A stretch of 64,000 nucleotides of DNA, taken from positions 1 through 64,000 of the forward strand of contig CAWDSK010000004.1 of assembly GCA_963804995.1 (NCBI GenBank), given 5' to 3'. Source of the DNA: an uncultured Acidobacteriota bacterium (GTDB lineage: Bacteria; Acidobacteriota; Terriglobia; UBA7540). Below, one piece after another: positions 50,169-60,165 of the stretch. The notes beneath the pieces are model-generated. The model searched no databases, was not told the DNA's origin, and saw only the letters and a list, made by a program, of their open reading frames with translations. A program made the position numbers and the translations under genes. Positions within the stretch are counted from its first letter, which is position 1; the number at the start of each line of letters is the position of its first letter.

Positions 50169-51077
50169 GAGCTTATCCGTAAATAATAGTTGAAGCCTGC
50201 TACAATTTGATGCATGATTATGACCCAAGATGCCGCAGATAAAATCTTGGGAAGTATCCGACGAGTTTTGGGTGAAAGTCGAACCGCTGATTCCCGTTCG
50301 ACAGCGGTCGAAAGGTCGAAAGTATAGGCGGAAGCCGGGGGGTGGGAGGAAGCCCATGCCGGCGCGCCGGATCTTCTCGGCCATTGTGTATGTGCTGCGC
50401 ACGGGGTGTCAGTGGAGGGCCTTGCCCAAGGAATTCGGCAGCGCGAGCGCGATCCACAAGCATTTTCAACAGTGGCAGCGGGCGGGTTTCTTTCTGGCGC
50501 TGTGGCGGTCGGGGCTGGCTGAGTACGATGATCTGGAGGGCATTGCCTGGGACTGGCAAAGCATCGACGGGGCCTTGGTGAAAGCCCCTCTGGCCTTGGC
50601 GTGTGTGGGACCGAATCCCACGGATCGGGGAAAAAAATGGGCGCAAGCGAAGTTTGTTAGTCGACGGGCGTGGCGTCCCACTGTCGCTCGCCGTCAGCGG
50701 AGCCAACGTCCATGATGTGAAGCTGCTGGCCACCACCCTCGACCAGGTGGTGAGAGCGCGACCGGCGCCGAGACCGAGAAAGCCCCAGCACCTCTGCGCC
50801 GATGCGGGTTACAAGGGATCCCCCGCTCGGCAAGCGGCCACGAACCGCCACTACCGGCCGCATATCAAGCAACGGCGAGAAGAGATGAAAGCAAAGCGCC
50901 TCGTCCCCGGTTACAAGGCGCGCCGCTGGGTGGTCGAGCGGACCCATTCCTGGCTCAACCGATACCGCAAGGTGTTGGTGAGCTTTGAAAAGACCGAGGA
51001 AAGCTACGTCGCCCTACTAACCTTAGCCGCGGCCATGATCTGCTGGCGACAGACGATTATTATTTACGGATAAGCTC
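50169..51077 (+). mobile_element. Complete IS5-family insertion sequence (909 bp)
   Basis: 19-bp perfect IR GAGCTTATCCGTAAATAAT. TAA duplicated at 50166-50168 and 51078-51080. Confidence 0.93.
50230..51073 (+). CDS. IS5-family transposase, two overlapping ORFs joined at GGGG-A7 (50627-50637)
   Basis: YVLRTGCQWRALP, SIDG and NPTDRGK in ORF1. KRSLLVDGRG, ADAGY and RWVVERTHSW in ORF2. Confidence 0.9.
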
Positions 51078-51101
51078 TAAGGCGCACTCGGTTGTAAAGC
51101 T

Positions 51102-51836
51102 GTGATTGCTGACTTAAAACCCGTTCCCCGAACGTCCCTCACCGAGGGAATTGTGGACCAGATTACCGGTCTGATCGCCCGCGGTGCTCTGAAGCCGGGA
51201 GAGCGGATTCCTTCTGAAAAGAAGCTCTGCGATCAGTTTGGCGTGGGGCGGACGTCGGTCAGGGAAGCTTTGCGGTCGCTCGCTGGTATGGGGATATTGG
51301 AATCGCGCGCGGGCAACGGCACGTTTGTGGCGAAAAACAGCGATCGCTGCCTGGAACGCGCCTTCCAGTGGGGGCTGCTCCTCAATTCCAAGGTGGTCGA
51401 GGATCTGGTTGAAACCCGCCTGTCGCTCGAATCATGTGCTGCCAGCCTTGCCGCTACCCGGGCCACCAAGGAAAACCTTCGAACCCTTGAAATGGCGATT
51501 CGCGGCATGAAGGAGTCCATCTCGGACCCCGAGCGTTATCTGGAGTTCGATATGGCGTTTCACTTGGAACTAGCCCGCGCCACGCAAAACGGCATTCTGG
51601 AGAACCTACTGAGCACCATCCGTGCGTATCTGCAAGCTTCAATTCGCGAGGCGCTAAGGCCCGCTCCGGGCAGAGATTCATCCCGCCGCGCTGCCCTCTC
51701 CATCGACCAGCACAGGAAAATCCTGAAGGCCCTTAAGGCGCGGAATCCTCGAGCCGCAGAGCAAGCCATGAGCCGCCATATCCTTTCGCCGCGGGCGGAT
51801 CTTCTCCGGCATCTCTCCCAGAAGAGCAACGCATAA
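51102..51836 (+). CDS. FadR/GntR family transcriptional regulator
   Basis: LKPGERIPSEKKLCDQFGVGRTSVREAL wHTH; FCD domain with DMAFH, N..L and HRKI. Confidence 0.95.
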   Translation: MIADLKPVPRTSLTEGIVDQITGLIARGALKPGERIPSEKKLCDQFGVGRTSVREALRSLAGMGILESRAGNGTFVAKNSDRCLERAFQWGLLLNSKVVEDLVETRLSLESCAASLAATRATKENLRTLEMAIRGMKESISDPERYLEFDMAFHLELARATQNGILENLLSTIRAYLQASIREALRPAPGRDSSRRAALSIDQHRKILKALKARNPRAAEQAMSRHILSPRADLLRHLSQKSNA

Positions 51837-52081
51837 ACCTCGACGCTGTCCGCCCGGATTCCTCACCACGGGTTTGGAAAGGCAGGGCCTTACCGGCCGC
51901 GGGAAAACGCTGCCATGCAGATAACCATCCCGGCGCTGGGCGCACCACCCCCTTCTGAGGAGAGGCGGCGGTCCACCCACTGTCGCCGCGGCGAGCGAGG
52001 GTTATGAATACAAACGCCCCCCTCTGTTACTGCGGGGGAAAGCCCGCCGATCTTAATGGCGGACAACCGAGGGTATTGAAT

Positions 52082-55000
52082 TCAAATTACTGCCTCCCCC
52101 GAATCCGTAGGTTCCCCCAAATCCGGGGGAGCGATGGGGCAGGCGAGCCCCGTAGTCGACACAAGGCTCAAGATTGCATCGAGCCGCTCTAGCTGAACCG
52201 GCTTTTCGAGGTAATCGTCCATTCCCGCCGCCAGGATCGATTCGCGGTCGCCCACCATGGCTCGTGCGGTCATGGCCACGACCGGCAGGTGCTGGCCGGT
52301 TTTCTCTTCTGCCTTGCGGATGCGGCGCACCGCTTCCAACCCGTCCATTTCCGGCATTTGGATATCCATCAGGACGAGGTCAAACGAATCGCGCTCAACA
52401 GCCGTCAAGGCTTCCACACCGTTACCCGCCACGGCCGTAATGTGGCCGCGCTTCCGCAGCAGGGCAAGAATGAGGTGCTGATTCACCCGGTTGTCTTCCA
52501 CCACCAGTATCCTCATGGGGCGGACGGGCGTTTCCTCCAAAGGCTTTTCAACCGGGCGCTCGGGCGTGGACGCAGGCGCATCGATGCTGAACCAAAACGT
52601 GCTGCCCTTCCCCAGTTCGCTTTCGAGGCGGAGCTGTCCTCCCATGGACTCCACCAGCTTCTTTGAGATCGTCAATCCCAGGCCCGTGCCTCCGTATCGC
52701 CGAGAGGTAGAGTTATCCGCCTGCTGAAAAGCGTCAAAGACAATGTTCTGCTTGTCAGCAGGAATACCAATGCCGGTGTCGGTCACCGTGAACTTCAGCC
52801 GGTTCGCCAAGGGGGCCACCTCGAGGGTCACGGCTCCATGCGAAGTGAATTTGATGGCATTGCCCAGCAGATTGGTGAGCACCTGACGGAGGCGGCCATC
52901 GTCGGCGCGCACCCATTCGGGCACGGAATCATCGACACAGGTCGTGAGCGCCAGTCTCTTCCGCGACACTTCCCGCCGCAGCATCGAGCAGATTTCCGCG
53001 AGGAACGGACGCAGAGCGAATGTGACCGGAACGATTTCCACCCGCCCGGACTCCAGCTTGGAAAAGTCCAGGACATCGTTAATCAAATGGAGCAATCCCT
53101 TGGCGGAGAGCTGGACGGTCTTAAGGTACTCGACCACCTCGGGCTGTTCGGCCAGTTGGAGAGCGAGGTGAGTAAACCCAATCACTCCGTTGAGGGGGGT
53201 TCGCATCTCATGGCTCATATTGGCCACAAACTCACTTTTGACTCGGCTGGCCTGCTCGGCGCGCGCCCTGGCGGTGGCCAAGTCGCGGGTTCGTTCTTCG
53301 ACCTCGATTTCGAGTTGGGCGCGGACTTTCCTCAGGCGAGCCTCCCGCCGCCTCCATAACAACCAGGCGTTGGCCACCATCAAGAGCAGCAGGACCACCC
53401 GGCACGGCCAGGAATCAAACCAGGGCTCCCGAATCCGAAAATTGAGGAATGCAGGACGGCTCCACACTCCTGGCTCCACCTCTCCCTGCACCTCGAACCG
53501 ATAGGAGCCCGCGGGAAGCTCAGCAAAACGCACCTCCGGAGACCGGGTTTGTACCCAAGAGCTGGAGTCGTTTCCGATCCGGTAGCGGAAGGTCGAGTAG
53601 TGCCGGCGATAGGACAGTATCGTGAAGCGCAACCCTAACGAACGGGTCGAGGGATCAAAATCGGTATGAGTGGTGGGAAAATCATTGCGGAGCACAGAAG
53701 AAATCAACGTCGCCGGCAGGATGAAACGCGACTCAACTGCTGGCTGAAACCGCGACAAGCCGGCGCTGGTTCCGAACCAGACGCTCCCATCGGCCTCGGC
53801 ATGATAAGCGTGCGCGTTGCAGTCGTTCCAAATCAAGCCATCGGACGTGTCATAGCTCTTCCAGTGATTATCCTCGAGCACGGCAACCCCACTGTCGGTC
53901 GCCAACCAATGCCGTTGGTGCGTGTCGAAAAACTGGGAGTAGACAACGTTGCTAGGCAGGCCGTCGTCCACCGTATAGGTTCGCAACTGGATTTTGTTGC
54001 CTTGGAGGTCGACACGCGTGATTCCTGAGGATGAGAAATAGTCAATCCACAGGGCTCCATCCGGTCCGATCACGACGGACTGAACCGAGTTATCCTTCAG
54101 CCCCTCGGCTGTAGTCAGGAGACGATGTATTCCCCCCTGCTCGATGTACAACCCCTTCTTGGTGGCAGCGAACAGGCCGTTGGCACTAGTCTTGATGTCG
54201 AAGACCGATGCGCCATTAAGGGGAAGTGGCACGGGTTCGAGTTCCGAGTGACCGGGTATAAGCCGCATAACGCCGCGCGGTGTCGCCACCCAGACTGTGC
54301 CCGCTGCATCCCGGTTGAGTTCGTAGATCGAGAATTGCGGAATGGGCTGAGAAGGCGGGTAAAGCACCTTTTTATGGGTTTGAGGATAGTACCGCAGCAG
54401 GCCGTGCACCTGGCTTTGAAACGTTCCAACCCACAGCGAGCCGTCCGGTTCCGCGGCCAGTCCGTATACAGTGAGTTCGCCCACCGCATCGGAACGACGG
54501 AACCGCCAGCGGCCGCCCTGTCGAGTGCCCTGATAGAGACCGCGGCTGGTGCCGATCCACAAGTCACCCGCGGCGTCGCGTACCATTCGCCATATTCCCG
54601 GATCCGTCAGCCCCTCCCCCTCGGCGAAGCTCTGCCACTGGTCGCGTCCGAGCCAGCGTGCCAGGCCTTGCCCGCTGTAACCGATCCAGATCGAACCCTC
54701 TTGGTCTTCCAGGGTAGCCAGCACTCCCGTGTGTCGCAAGCCGCTCTCAGCGCCGTAATTCCGGCAACTTTCGCCATTACATACCATCAACCCTGCGTTG
54801 TGCGGAATCAACATCTGGCCGAGGCGGGTCGGCACCAGGAGGGAGCCGTGGGTGGAGTTCAGCGCCGGCAGGTTGTGCGGGGCGTAAAACACCGACCCCC
54901 CTGCTTCACGCACCAGAACCTTTTCGTTGGCGCGAATCCACAGGCGCCCGACGGTGTCTTTTGCGATGCTCGACCAGAATCCGGTGGTTACACCGTCGTC

Positions 55001-55582
55001 AAGCCCCCATTGTCGTTCGTGTCCGTGGCTAAGCGAGCAGACTTTCGACCCGCAGCTAAACCAGAGAGTCTGGTCGGAGGCAACGTAGACGCTATAAGAC
55101 CGCTTGGTGGAGATAAAACGAGATTGACCTCCGCCCCGCAGAGGCATTGACCGAAGGCCTCCTGGCGTGGCCACATAGAGATTCGTGGCGTCACTCCCGA
55201 TTGCCTGGCCGCTTTCCAGTTCGACCCCTTCAAAGCCCGGCACCGCAGCGAAATGGTCTCCCGTCCAGCGGAACAAGCCCAGGCTCGCTCCTACCCAGAA
55301 CTGGCCATCCGGTGAACTGTGCAGGGAATGCGTGTCGCCCCGATTCGCCACGGGGTCTCCGCTGAAGTGCCAAAAACGGTCGCCGTCGTAGCGAAAGAGA
55401 CCGCCCTCCGTGCTGACCCAAAGGTAACCTTCATGGTCCTGGTGCAGGGCAAGAATCGTGGGATTGGTCAGGCCCAGGTCAGCGCCGTACATTTGAAATG
55501 ACCAATGCTGCCCCTGCGCCGTCCAGGCACAAAGCAGCAGCCACCCCGCGCTGAATACCGCGATACGCGACCTCATAGTCAT
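52082..55582 (-). CDS. Hybrid sensor histidine kinase/response regulator with periplasmic beta-propeller and Y_Y_Y domain
   Basis: Repeated D..G.LW motifs, a TM segment, MSHEMRTPLNG, NAIKFT, GGTGLGL and receiver DLVLMDIQMP. Confidence 0.95.
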   Translation of the reverse strand: MTMRSRIAVFSAGWLLLCAWTAQGQHWSFQMYGADLGLTNPTILALHQDHEGYLWVSTEGGLFRYDGDRFWHFSGDPVANRGDTHSLHSSPDGQFWVGASLGLFRWTGDHFAAVPGFEGVELESGQAIGSDATNLYVATPGGLRSMPLRGGGQSRFISTKRSYSVYVASDQTLWFSCGSKVCSLSHGHERQWGLDDGVTTGFWSSIAKDTVGRLWIRANEKVLVREAGGSVFYAPHNLPALNSTHGSLLVPTRLGQMLIPHNAGLMVCNGESCRNYGAESGLRHTGVLATLEDQEGSIWIGYSGQGLARWLGRDQWQSFAEGEGLTDPGIWRMVRDAAGDLWIGTSRGLYQGTRQGGRWRFRRSDAVGELTVYGLAAEPDGSLWVGTFQSQVHGLLRYYPQTHKKVLYPPSQPIPQFSIYELNRDAAGTVWVATPRGVMRLIPGHSELEPVPLPLNGASVFDIKTSANGLFAATKKGLYIEQGGIHRLLTTAEGLKDNSVQSVVIGPDGALWIDYFSSSGITRVDLQGNKIQLRTYTVDDGLPSNVVYSQFFDTHQRHWLATDSGVAVLEDNHWKSYDTSDGLIWNDCNAHAYHAEADGSVWFGTSAGLSRFQPAVESRFILPATLISSVLRNDFPTTHTDFDPSTRSLGLRFTILSYRRHYSTFRYRIGNDSSSWVQTRSPEVRFAELPAGSYRFEVQGEVEPGVWSRPAFLNFRIREPWFDSWPCRVVLLLLMVANAWLLWRRREARLRKVRAQLEIEVEERTRDLATARARAEQASRVKSEFVANMSHEMRTPLNGVIGFTHLALQLAEQPEVVEYLKTVQLSAKGLLHLINDVLDFSKLESGRVEIVPVTFALRPFLAEICSMLRREVSRKRLALTTCVDDSVPEWVRADDGRLRQVLTNLLGNAIKFTSHGAVTLEVAPLANRLKFTVTDTGIGIPADKQNIVFDAFQQADNSTSRRYGGTGLGLTISKKLVESMGGQLRLESELGKGSTFWFSIDAPASTPERPVEKPLEETPVRPMRILVVEDNRVNQHLILALLRKRGHITAVAGNGVEALTAVERDSFDLVLMDIQMPEMDGLEAVRRIRKAEEKTGQHLPVVAMTARAMVGDRESILAAGMDDYLEKPVQLERLDAILSLVSTTGLACPIAPPDLGEPTDSGEAVI

Positions 55583-55591
55583 CCCTATACT

Positions 55592-55619
55592 TTATCGGTC
55601 GAAAGCGCCCCGGGCATGA
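55592..55619 (-). promoter_or_regulatory. sigma28-like promoter of the hybrid kinase
   Basis: Minus strand TCATGCCC-N12-ACCGATAA, ending about 10 nt before the first ATG. Confidence 0.5.
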
Positions 55620-56047
55620 GTCGGTTTGGCGAGCCTGGCGCGAAGGGTGGCCCTCGAGTACGGCGGCTAAATTGTTGGGATTCTACATATTCCAAGGCGG
55701 GGGGTAGCAAGAACGGTCCCCGGCTGCCGCGCCAGGCAAGTCGTAGGGAAGGTTCGCGATCCGCCCTGGCCAACTATTACGCGAGATTCCGTGTGGGAGG
55801 CTCGCGGACCGCCCCTACCTGCTACCGGCTCCACCCATCGAGCGGACTCGTCCCCACCCGTATAACCGGGGCCACCTCTAATTTGACAGGGGTCCCAACG
55901 CTCTGCTCTAGCCGCTAAAATCAAATAAAAAAAGACCCAGATATTAAGATATTACTAATTTGTATAGATTAATCTAATGATGTTCTAATTACGTCTCGGT
56001 ATGGTTTCATGCTACCCTCGAAGTCAAGAACAGTCGAGGAGGATTCA

Positions 56048-56530
56048 ATGCACAAGAGTTCCCACGGGTTTTCGCTGATCGAGCTCTTGATCGTGGTCGC
56101 CATTATCCTTGTTATCGCCGCGATCGCCATTCCCAGCTTTCTGCGTTCACGCATAGCGGCGAACCAATCGTCTGCCGTGGCTTCCTTACGCACCCTGAAC
56201 ACCGCCGAGGTTACCTACTCCATCACATATGCCACGGGGTTCAGCGCGAATCTAGCCACACTGGGTCCGCCCCCTGGCGGGGGGAATCCAACCTCCACAG
56301 CAGCGGGCTTGCTTGACAGCGTGCTAACCCAGGGGTCCAAGAGTGGGTATATTTTCACTTACTCACCTGGCCTGGCCGACACAACCGGCCGGATAAACAG
56401 CTACACCCTCAACGCCAGTCCGGCGAGCAGTTCGACGGGCACCATCTTTTACTATTCCGATCAATCAGGAGTGATCCGTCAGAATGCCACCACCACCGCT
56501 GGCTCCACGGACTCACCTCTTGCTGGCTGA
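56048..56530 (+). CDS. Type IV pilin-like protein
   Basis: G|FSLIELLIVVAIILVIAAIAIP prepilin cleavage/methylation motif. RBS GAGGAGG. Confidence 0.93.
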   Translation: MHKSSHGFSLIELLIVVAIILVIAAIAIPSFLRSRIAANQSSAVASLRTLNTAEVTYSITYATGFSANLATLGPPPGGGNPTSTAAGLLDSVLTQGSKSGYIFTYSPGLADTTGRINSYTLNASPASSSTGTIFYYSDQSGVIRQNATTTAGSTDSPLAG

Positions 56531-56783
56531 GGTTCTTGGGTCAACGCAGATGGATTGAAGGACCTGTATCCCCCGGACATGTTTCGTTGCGCGGCCCCCC
56601 GTTCTGGGGCTTCTTTCGGGAAACCCGCTATCTCCCTCTCGGGCGCGTACACCACGGCTGCGCCTTCACCACGATACATTCACTCAATTGAGGTAGGAAG
56701 ACGGGGAGGGCGGCACGGGTCCTTCCCCGACAAGACGCGTTATTTGCGGCTCCGCCGCGCAGCGCTACCCCGCGTTTCGAATA

Positions 56784-57575
56784 TCAATGCAGGTCCGCCG
56801 CCACGGGAATCGTGACCTTCCCGGTCGCTGCCCACTCCGTTCCCCGCGCCAGCGTTGCCTGGAAACCGGGGCTCTGCATGGCTTTCACGTCGTGGCCCAG
56901 CGCGGTCTGGAACACCCGCCCCACTCCGTACGGCAAAGTCCAGATCATGGGCTCATCGTTCCCCGTCCCGCAGCCTTCGTTGGGCTTGCGGCAGTTCTTG
57001 GGATCATCCCAGGCCGTGGCCAACACGTGGATACCCGGTTGCATGGTGAGTCCATGATAAAGCTCATCGTTCTCCGCGAATGATTCCGGCATGCCCTGGG
57101 TGATGGGATCGTTGCGGTCCACGATCTTGACGGTGAACGGGTGGTAGGGTCCATGGCTGCCCGATTCGCGCCAAGTGCCGCCCACCAACTTGTCAAATTC
57201 CGGCCAGCCCCAGAAGGCGCTGTTCGAATGGTGGTAGCACACCAGTCCCTTGCCGTTGCGCACAAAGTCGAGCATGGCTTCACGCGCGCGGGCATCCCAC
57301 CAGGGGCCGGCGGTGTGTTTGTAGTCATTGTAGTTGAGTATCAACACATCGTAAGGAGCAAAGGTTTCGGGACCGTTGCCCCGCACTTCCTCGTTCACAT
57401 AAACATCAAACCGCCCGGTCGCTTGCAGGATGTCACGCAGCGCGGGCGTGGTGGCGCGCCAGTTGTGATTGTTGATGCCCGTGAGGATTAGCACCTTGAT
57501 CTTGGGCGGAGCCTGCCCCAACAACGAAGTCACACTGAAGAAGAAAACCAGTAACGCTGAGAATCTTCGCAACAT
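56784..57575 (-). CDS. ThuA domain-containing secreted protein
   Basis: KVLILTG..NHNW, DELY and GRVFQTALGHD..RGTEWAA. Confidence 0.9.
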   Translation of the reverse strand: MLRRFSALLVFFFSVTSLLGQAPPKIKVLILTGINNHNWRATTPALRDILQATGRFDVYVNEEVRGNGPETFAPYDVLILNYNDYKHTAGPWWDARAREAMLDFVRNGKGLVCYHHSNSAFWGWPEFDKLVGGTWRESGSHGPYHPFTVKIVDRNDPITQGMPESFAENDELYHGLTMQPGIHVLATAWDDPKNCRKPNEGCGTGNDEPMIWTLPYGVGRVFQTALGHDVKAMQSPGFQATLARGTEWAATGKVTIPVAADLH

Positions 57576-57977
57576 AATGATAGAGACCTCCTGATGATTC
57601 CGATCATTGCCGGCATCCCCCGAGGGCGTCGGCGCGGGCAGTATCCTACCACTTTGATTCCAGCGTGGGCGAAATAACGAGGTGATTTCATCGCGCCGCG
57701 GCGGTAGAACAGGTGGCCAAGGGCAACGAGCGTCTTGGGCGAGTTCTGACCGAGTCGGGATAGGCAGCAGGTAACGCAGTGCATCAGAACCGCATGTGAA
57801 AAGTCATAGGAAAAAAACGCAAGAGAATTGGAAAGTAAGTGGGACCTCGCGCGCTATGCCCCGCGGAGAGCAACATGTGGGACATGTCTCCACCATGACA
57901 AAATGTCGCAGGCCGCCGACCCCGACGCTTTTGGATGCGGCCCCGCCGCGTTGCGCACCCCGATCCACACCTACCCT

Positions 57978-59384
57978 TTAGCTCTTAGGACGTATCTTGT
58001 AAAGGCCGGCCCCATGCGGGTCGAGCTTCGGCGCAAACTTACCCGTGTAAGTTCCCAAGTCCTTGTTCTGCCACAAATCTCTGACTTCACATTTCCCATT
58101 GAGGCCCAGTTCTTTCCATTGAACCTCCACACTCGCCGGCGAATCATCGGCGAGGTTGAATATCGCCAAATATCTCTCCCCTGTCCCCGGAACCTTCGCG
58201 GTCCAGGCGATCTGGTTGCCCCGCGCAAATAGTTCGTGATTCTCCGAGCTAGCCTGATCGACCGCCAGAACTTCCTGATTAGTGAGCAGGGATTTCGTGA
58301 AGGCATCCAGGGTGGGCAGATCTCCTCCCATCATGAGCGGGGAGCGGAAGATGCACCAAAGGGTCATCAAGGTAATTTGTTCATCGTGGGTAAGGCGTGT
58401 TTGCCGCTCACCCTCTGGGAAATCCCGGATGCTAATGCGCCCCAGCGGCAGCATATCGGCGTCGGGCCAATGGCCGGGGCCGATGTAAGGGATCCAGGCG
58501 CGGCAGAGGGGGAACTGGCCTTTGACCTCCTTCCAGTTATCCCAGACATCGTCCGAAATGCGCCACATTTGCGCATTTTTTCTGACGTGGTCCGCGTGGG
58601 CCGTCGCCGTACGTCCTGGGGAGAGGCTCAAGACGATGGGCCGGCCGCACTTTCGAATCGCCTTGCTGAGCGCTTCGATTTCGCCGGCATGGTAAGCCTC
58701 GCCGATGGGATTCTCGCCCCAGCTCATATCATCCGCCTTGATGAAGTCCACACCCCACCCCGCCAGGAGCGTGACAAGGGAGTCGTAATACGCCTGTCCC
58801 CCGGGCTTGGTCGTATCCACTCCATACATCGAGGTTGACCAGTGGCAGGTGTTTTGCTTGTTCGCAATGTCCTGAGCGTGCACGGTAGTCCCGAGGATGG
58901 GAAGATTCTTCCTTACCGCGGCCCTGGGAATCCCTCGCATGATGTGAACGCCGAATTTCAATCCCTTGCTGTGGATATAGTCGGCCAGAGGTTTGAAGCC
59001 TTGATCTCCGGCGGCGGATGGGAACCGGTTGGGCGCGGGGATAAACCGGCCATAACCATCCATTTTCACTTCCCAAGTTTCCTGCGTTCGGTCTGTACGG
59101 GGATGAGGAAAATACCAGTCGGAATCAATGACGATGTATTCCCAGCCGTATTTGTGGAGGTGCTCAGCCATGTAATCGGCATTGGCTTTGACCTCCGCCT
59201 CCGTCACGTCTCCGGAATAAGCGTCATAACTGTTCCAACCCATGGGAGGGGTGGGGGTGAGGTCTCTCTCCACACCTGGAGCGCTCGTTGCCGGGCCCGC
59301 ACCGATCCCATTGATGAATGATGTAAGCGTGACCACCATCAGGCCACCACACAGAAAAATGACGAGTTTCTTTAGAGATAACAA
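57978..59384 (-). CDS. Glycoside hydrolase family 27 (alpha-galactosidase-like)
   Basis: TPPMGWNSYD, LKFGVH, GVDFIKADD, WRISDD and WPDADML. TTG start behind AGGAGG. Confidence 0.93.
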   Translation of the reverse strand: MLSLKKLVIFLCGGLMVVTLTSFINGIGAGPATSAPGVERDLTPTPPMGWNSYDAYSGDVTEAEVKANADYMAEHLHKYGWEYIVIDSDWYFPHPRTDRTQETWEVKMDGYGRFIPAPNRFPSAAGDQGFKPLADYIHSKGLKFGVHIMRGIPRAAVRKNLPILGTTVHAQDIANKQNTCHWSTSMYGVDTTKPGGQAYYDSLVTLLAGWGVDFIKADDMSWGENPIGEAYHAGEIEALSKAIRKCGRPIVLSLSPGRTATAHADHVRKNAQMWRISDDVWDNWKEVKGQFPLCRAWIPYIGPGHWPDADMLPLGRISIRDFPEGERQTRLTHDEQITLMTLWCIFRSPLMMGGDLPTLDAFTKSLLTNQEVLAVDQASSENHELFARGNQIAWTAKVPGTGERYLAIFNLADDSPASVEVQWKELGLNGKCEVRDLWQNKDLGTYTGKFAPKLDPHGAGLYKIRPKS

Positions 59385-60165
59385 TGTTTCCTCCTGGTCC
59401 GGGTCATTTCGGAACTGCCCGGAGCACACTCTTCGCCCCTTACCACTTTGGGCAACGTCCCCCCAATCGTGAAGCTCAATCTGGGGTTTTCAATTTCTAA
59501 CCGCCCCGGGACTATATACCTGACCGATTCCGGGAGCAATGCTTTGCACTTCTCCAGTTTGATTTTCGTGCGGTTGATGCGGGGGGCAGATGGGCGCGGA
59601 GGGTGAAACACACGCAATTTGCAATGCAATACCGCCAATTCTTGTTTCTGATTTGTGAAGGTCGGGCTTTTAATTTTTGACTGCAGAAATGAAGTTGCAG
59701 TGCATGTTTATCAAATTAAGAGCCGCTACCCCATCTGCGTTCCCTGTATATGTCTAGGCGAATTCATCCCCACGCGACCATTCGAGGTAGCGCAGAGTCT
59801 CACGCTCTCCGAGACTCTGCGGCTCTTCTTCAGACGCGCCCCCGCTCGCCGACATTGGGCAATTAAGGAGGGGGTTTCAACCTCTTCAATACAACAAATT
59901 TCGTACTTTTCGCGGATGGCGACTGGGAGTATATTGGCGTGCCGGACCCAAATGCGGTTACGGGCACCTTCATACACAATCGGGAGTTTCAGTCGTCCTT
60001 GAAGCTGAGGTTCCGAGCACTTGCTGATTTGAAGGTGTGCGCCAGGCTGCCGCGCGTGTCAAGCGAAGCCGACTGGCACGGGCTTATCCTGGCCAGTCTC
60101 GCAGGGTCCCCGCATTTACGGTTATATGTCACGATCCGATCCTTAGCCGAAGGGAGAAACCAATC

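Noticed and set aside
59460..60120. Long intergenic region with short ORFs
   Set aside because: No recognisable protein, RNA or repeat structure that I can support.
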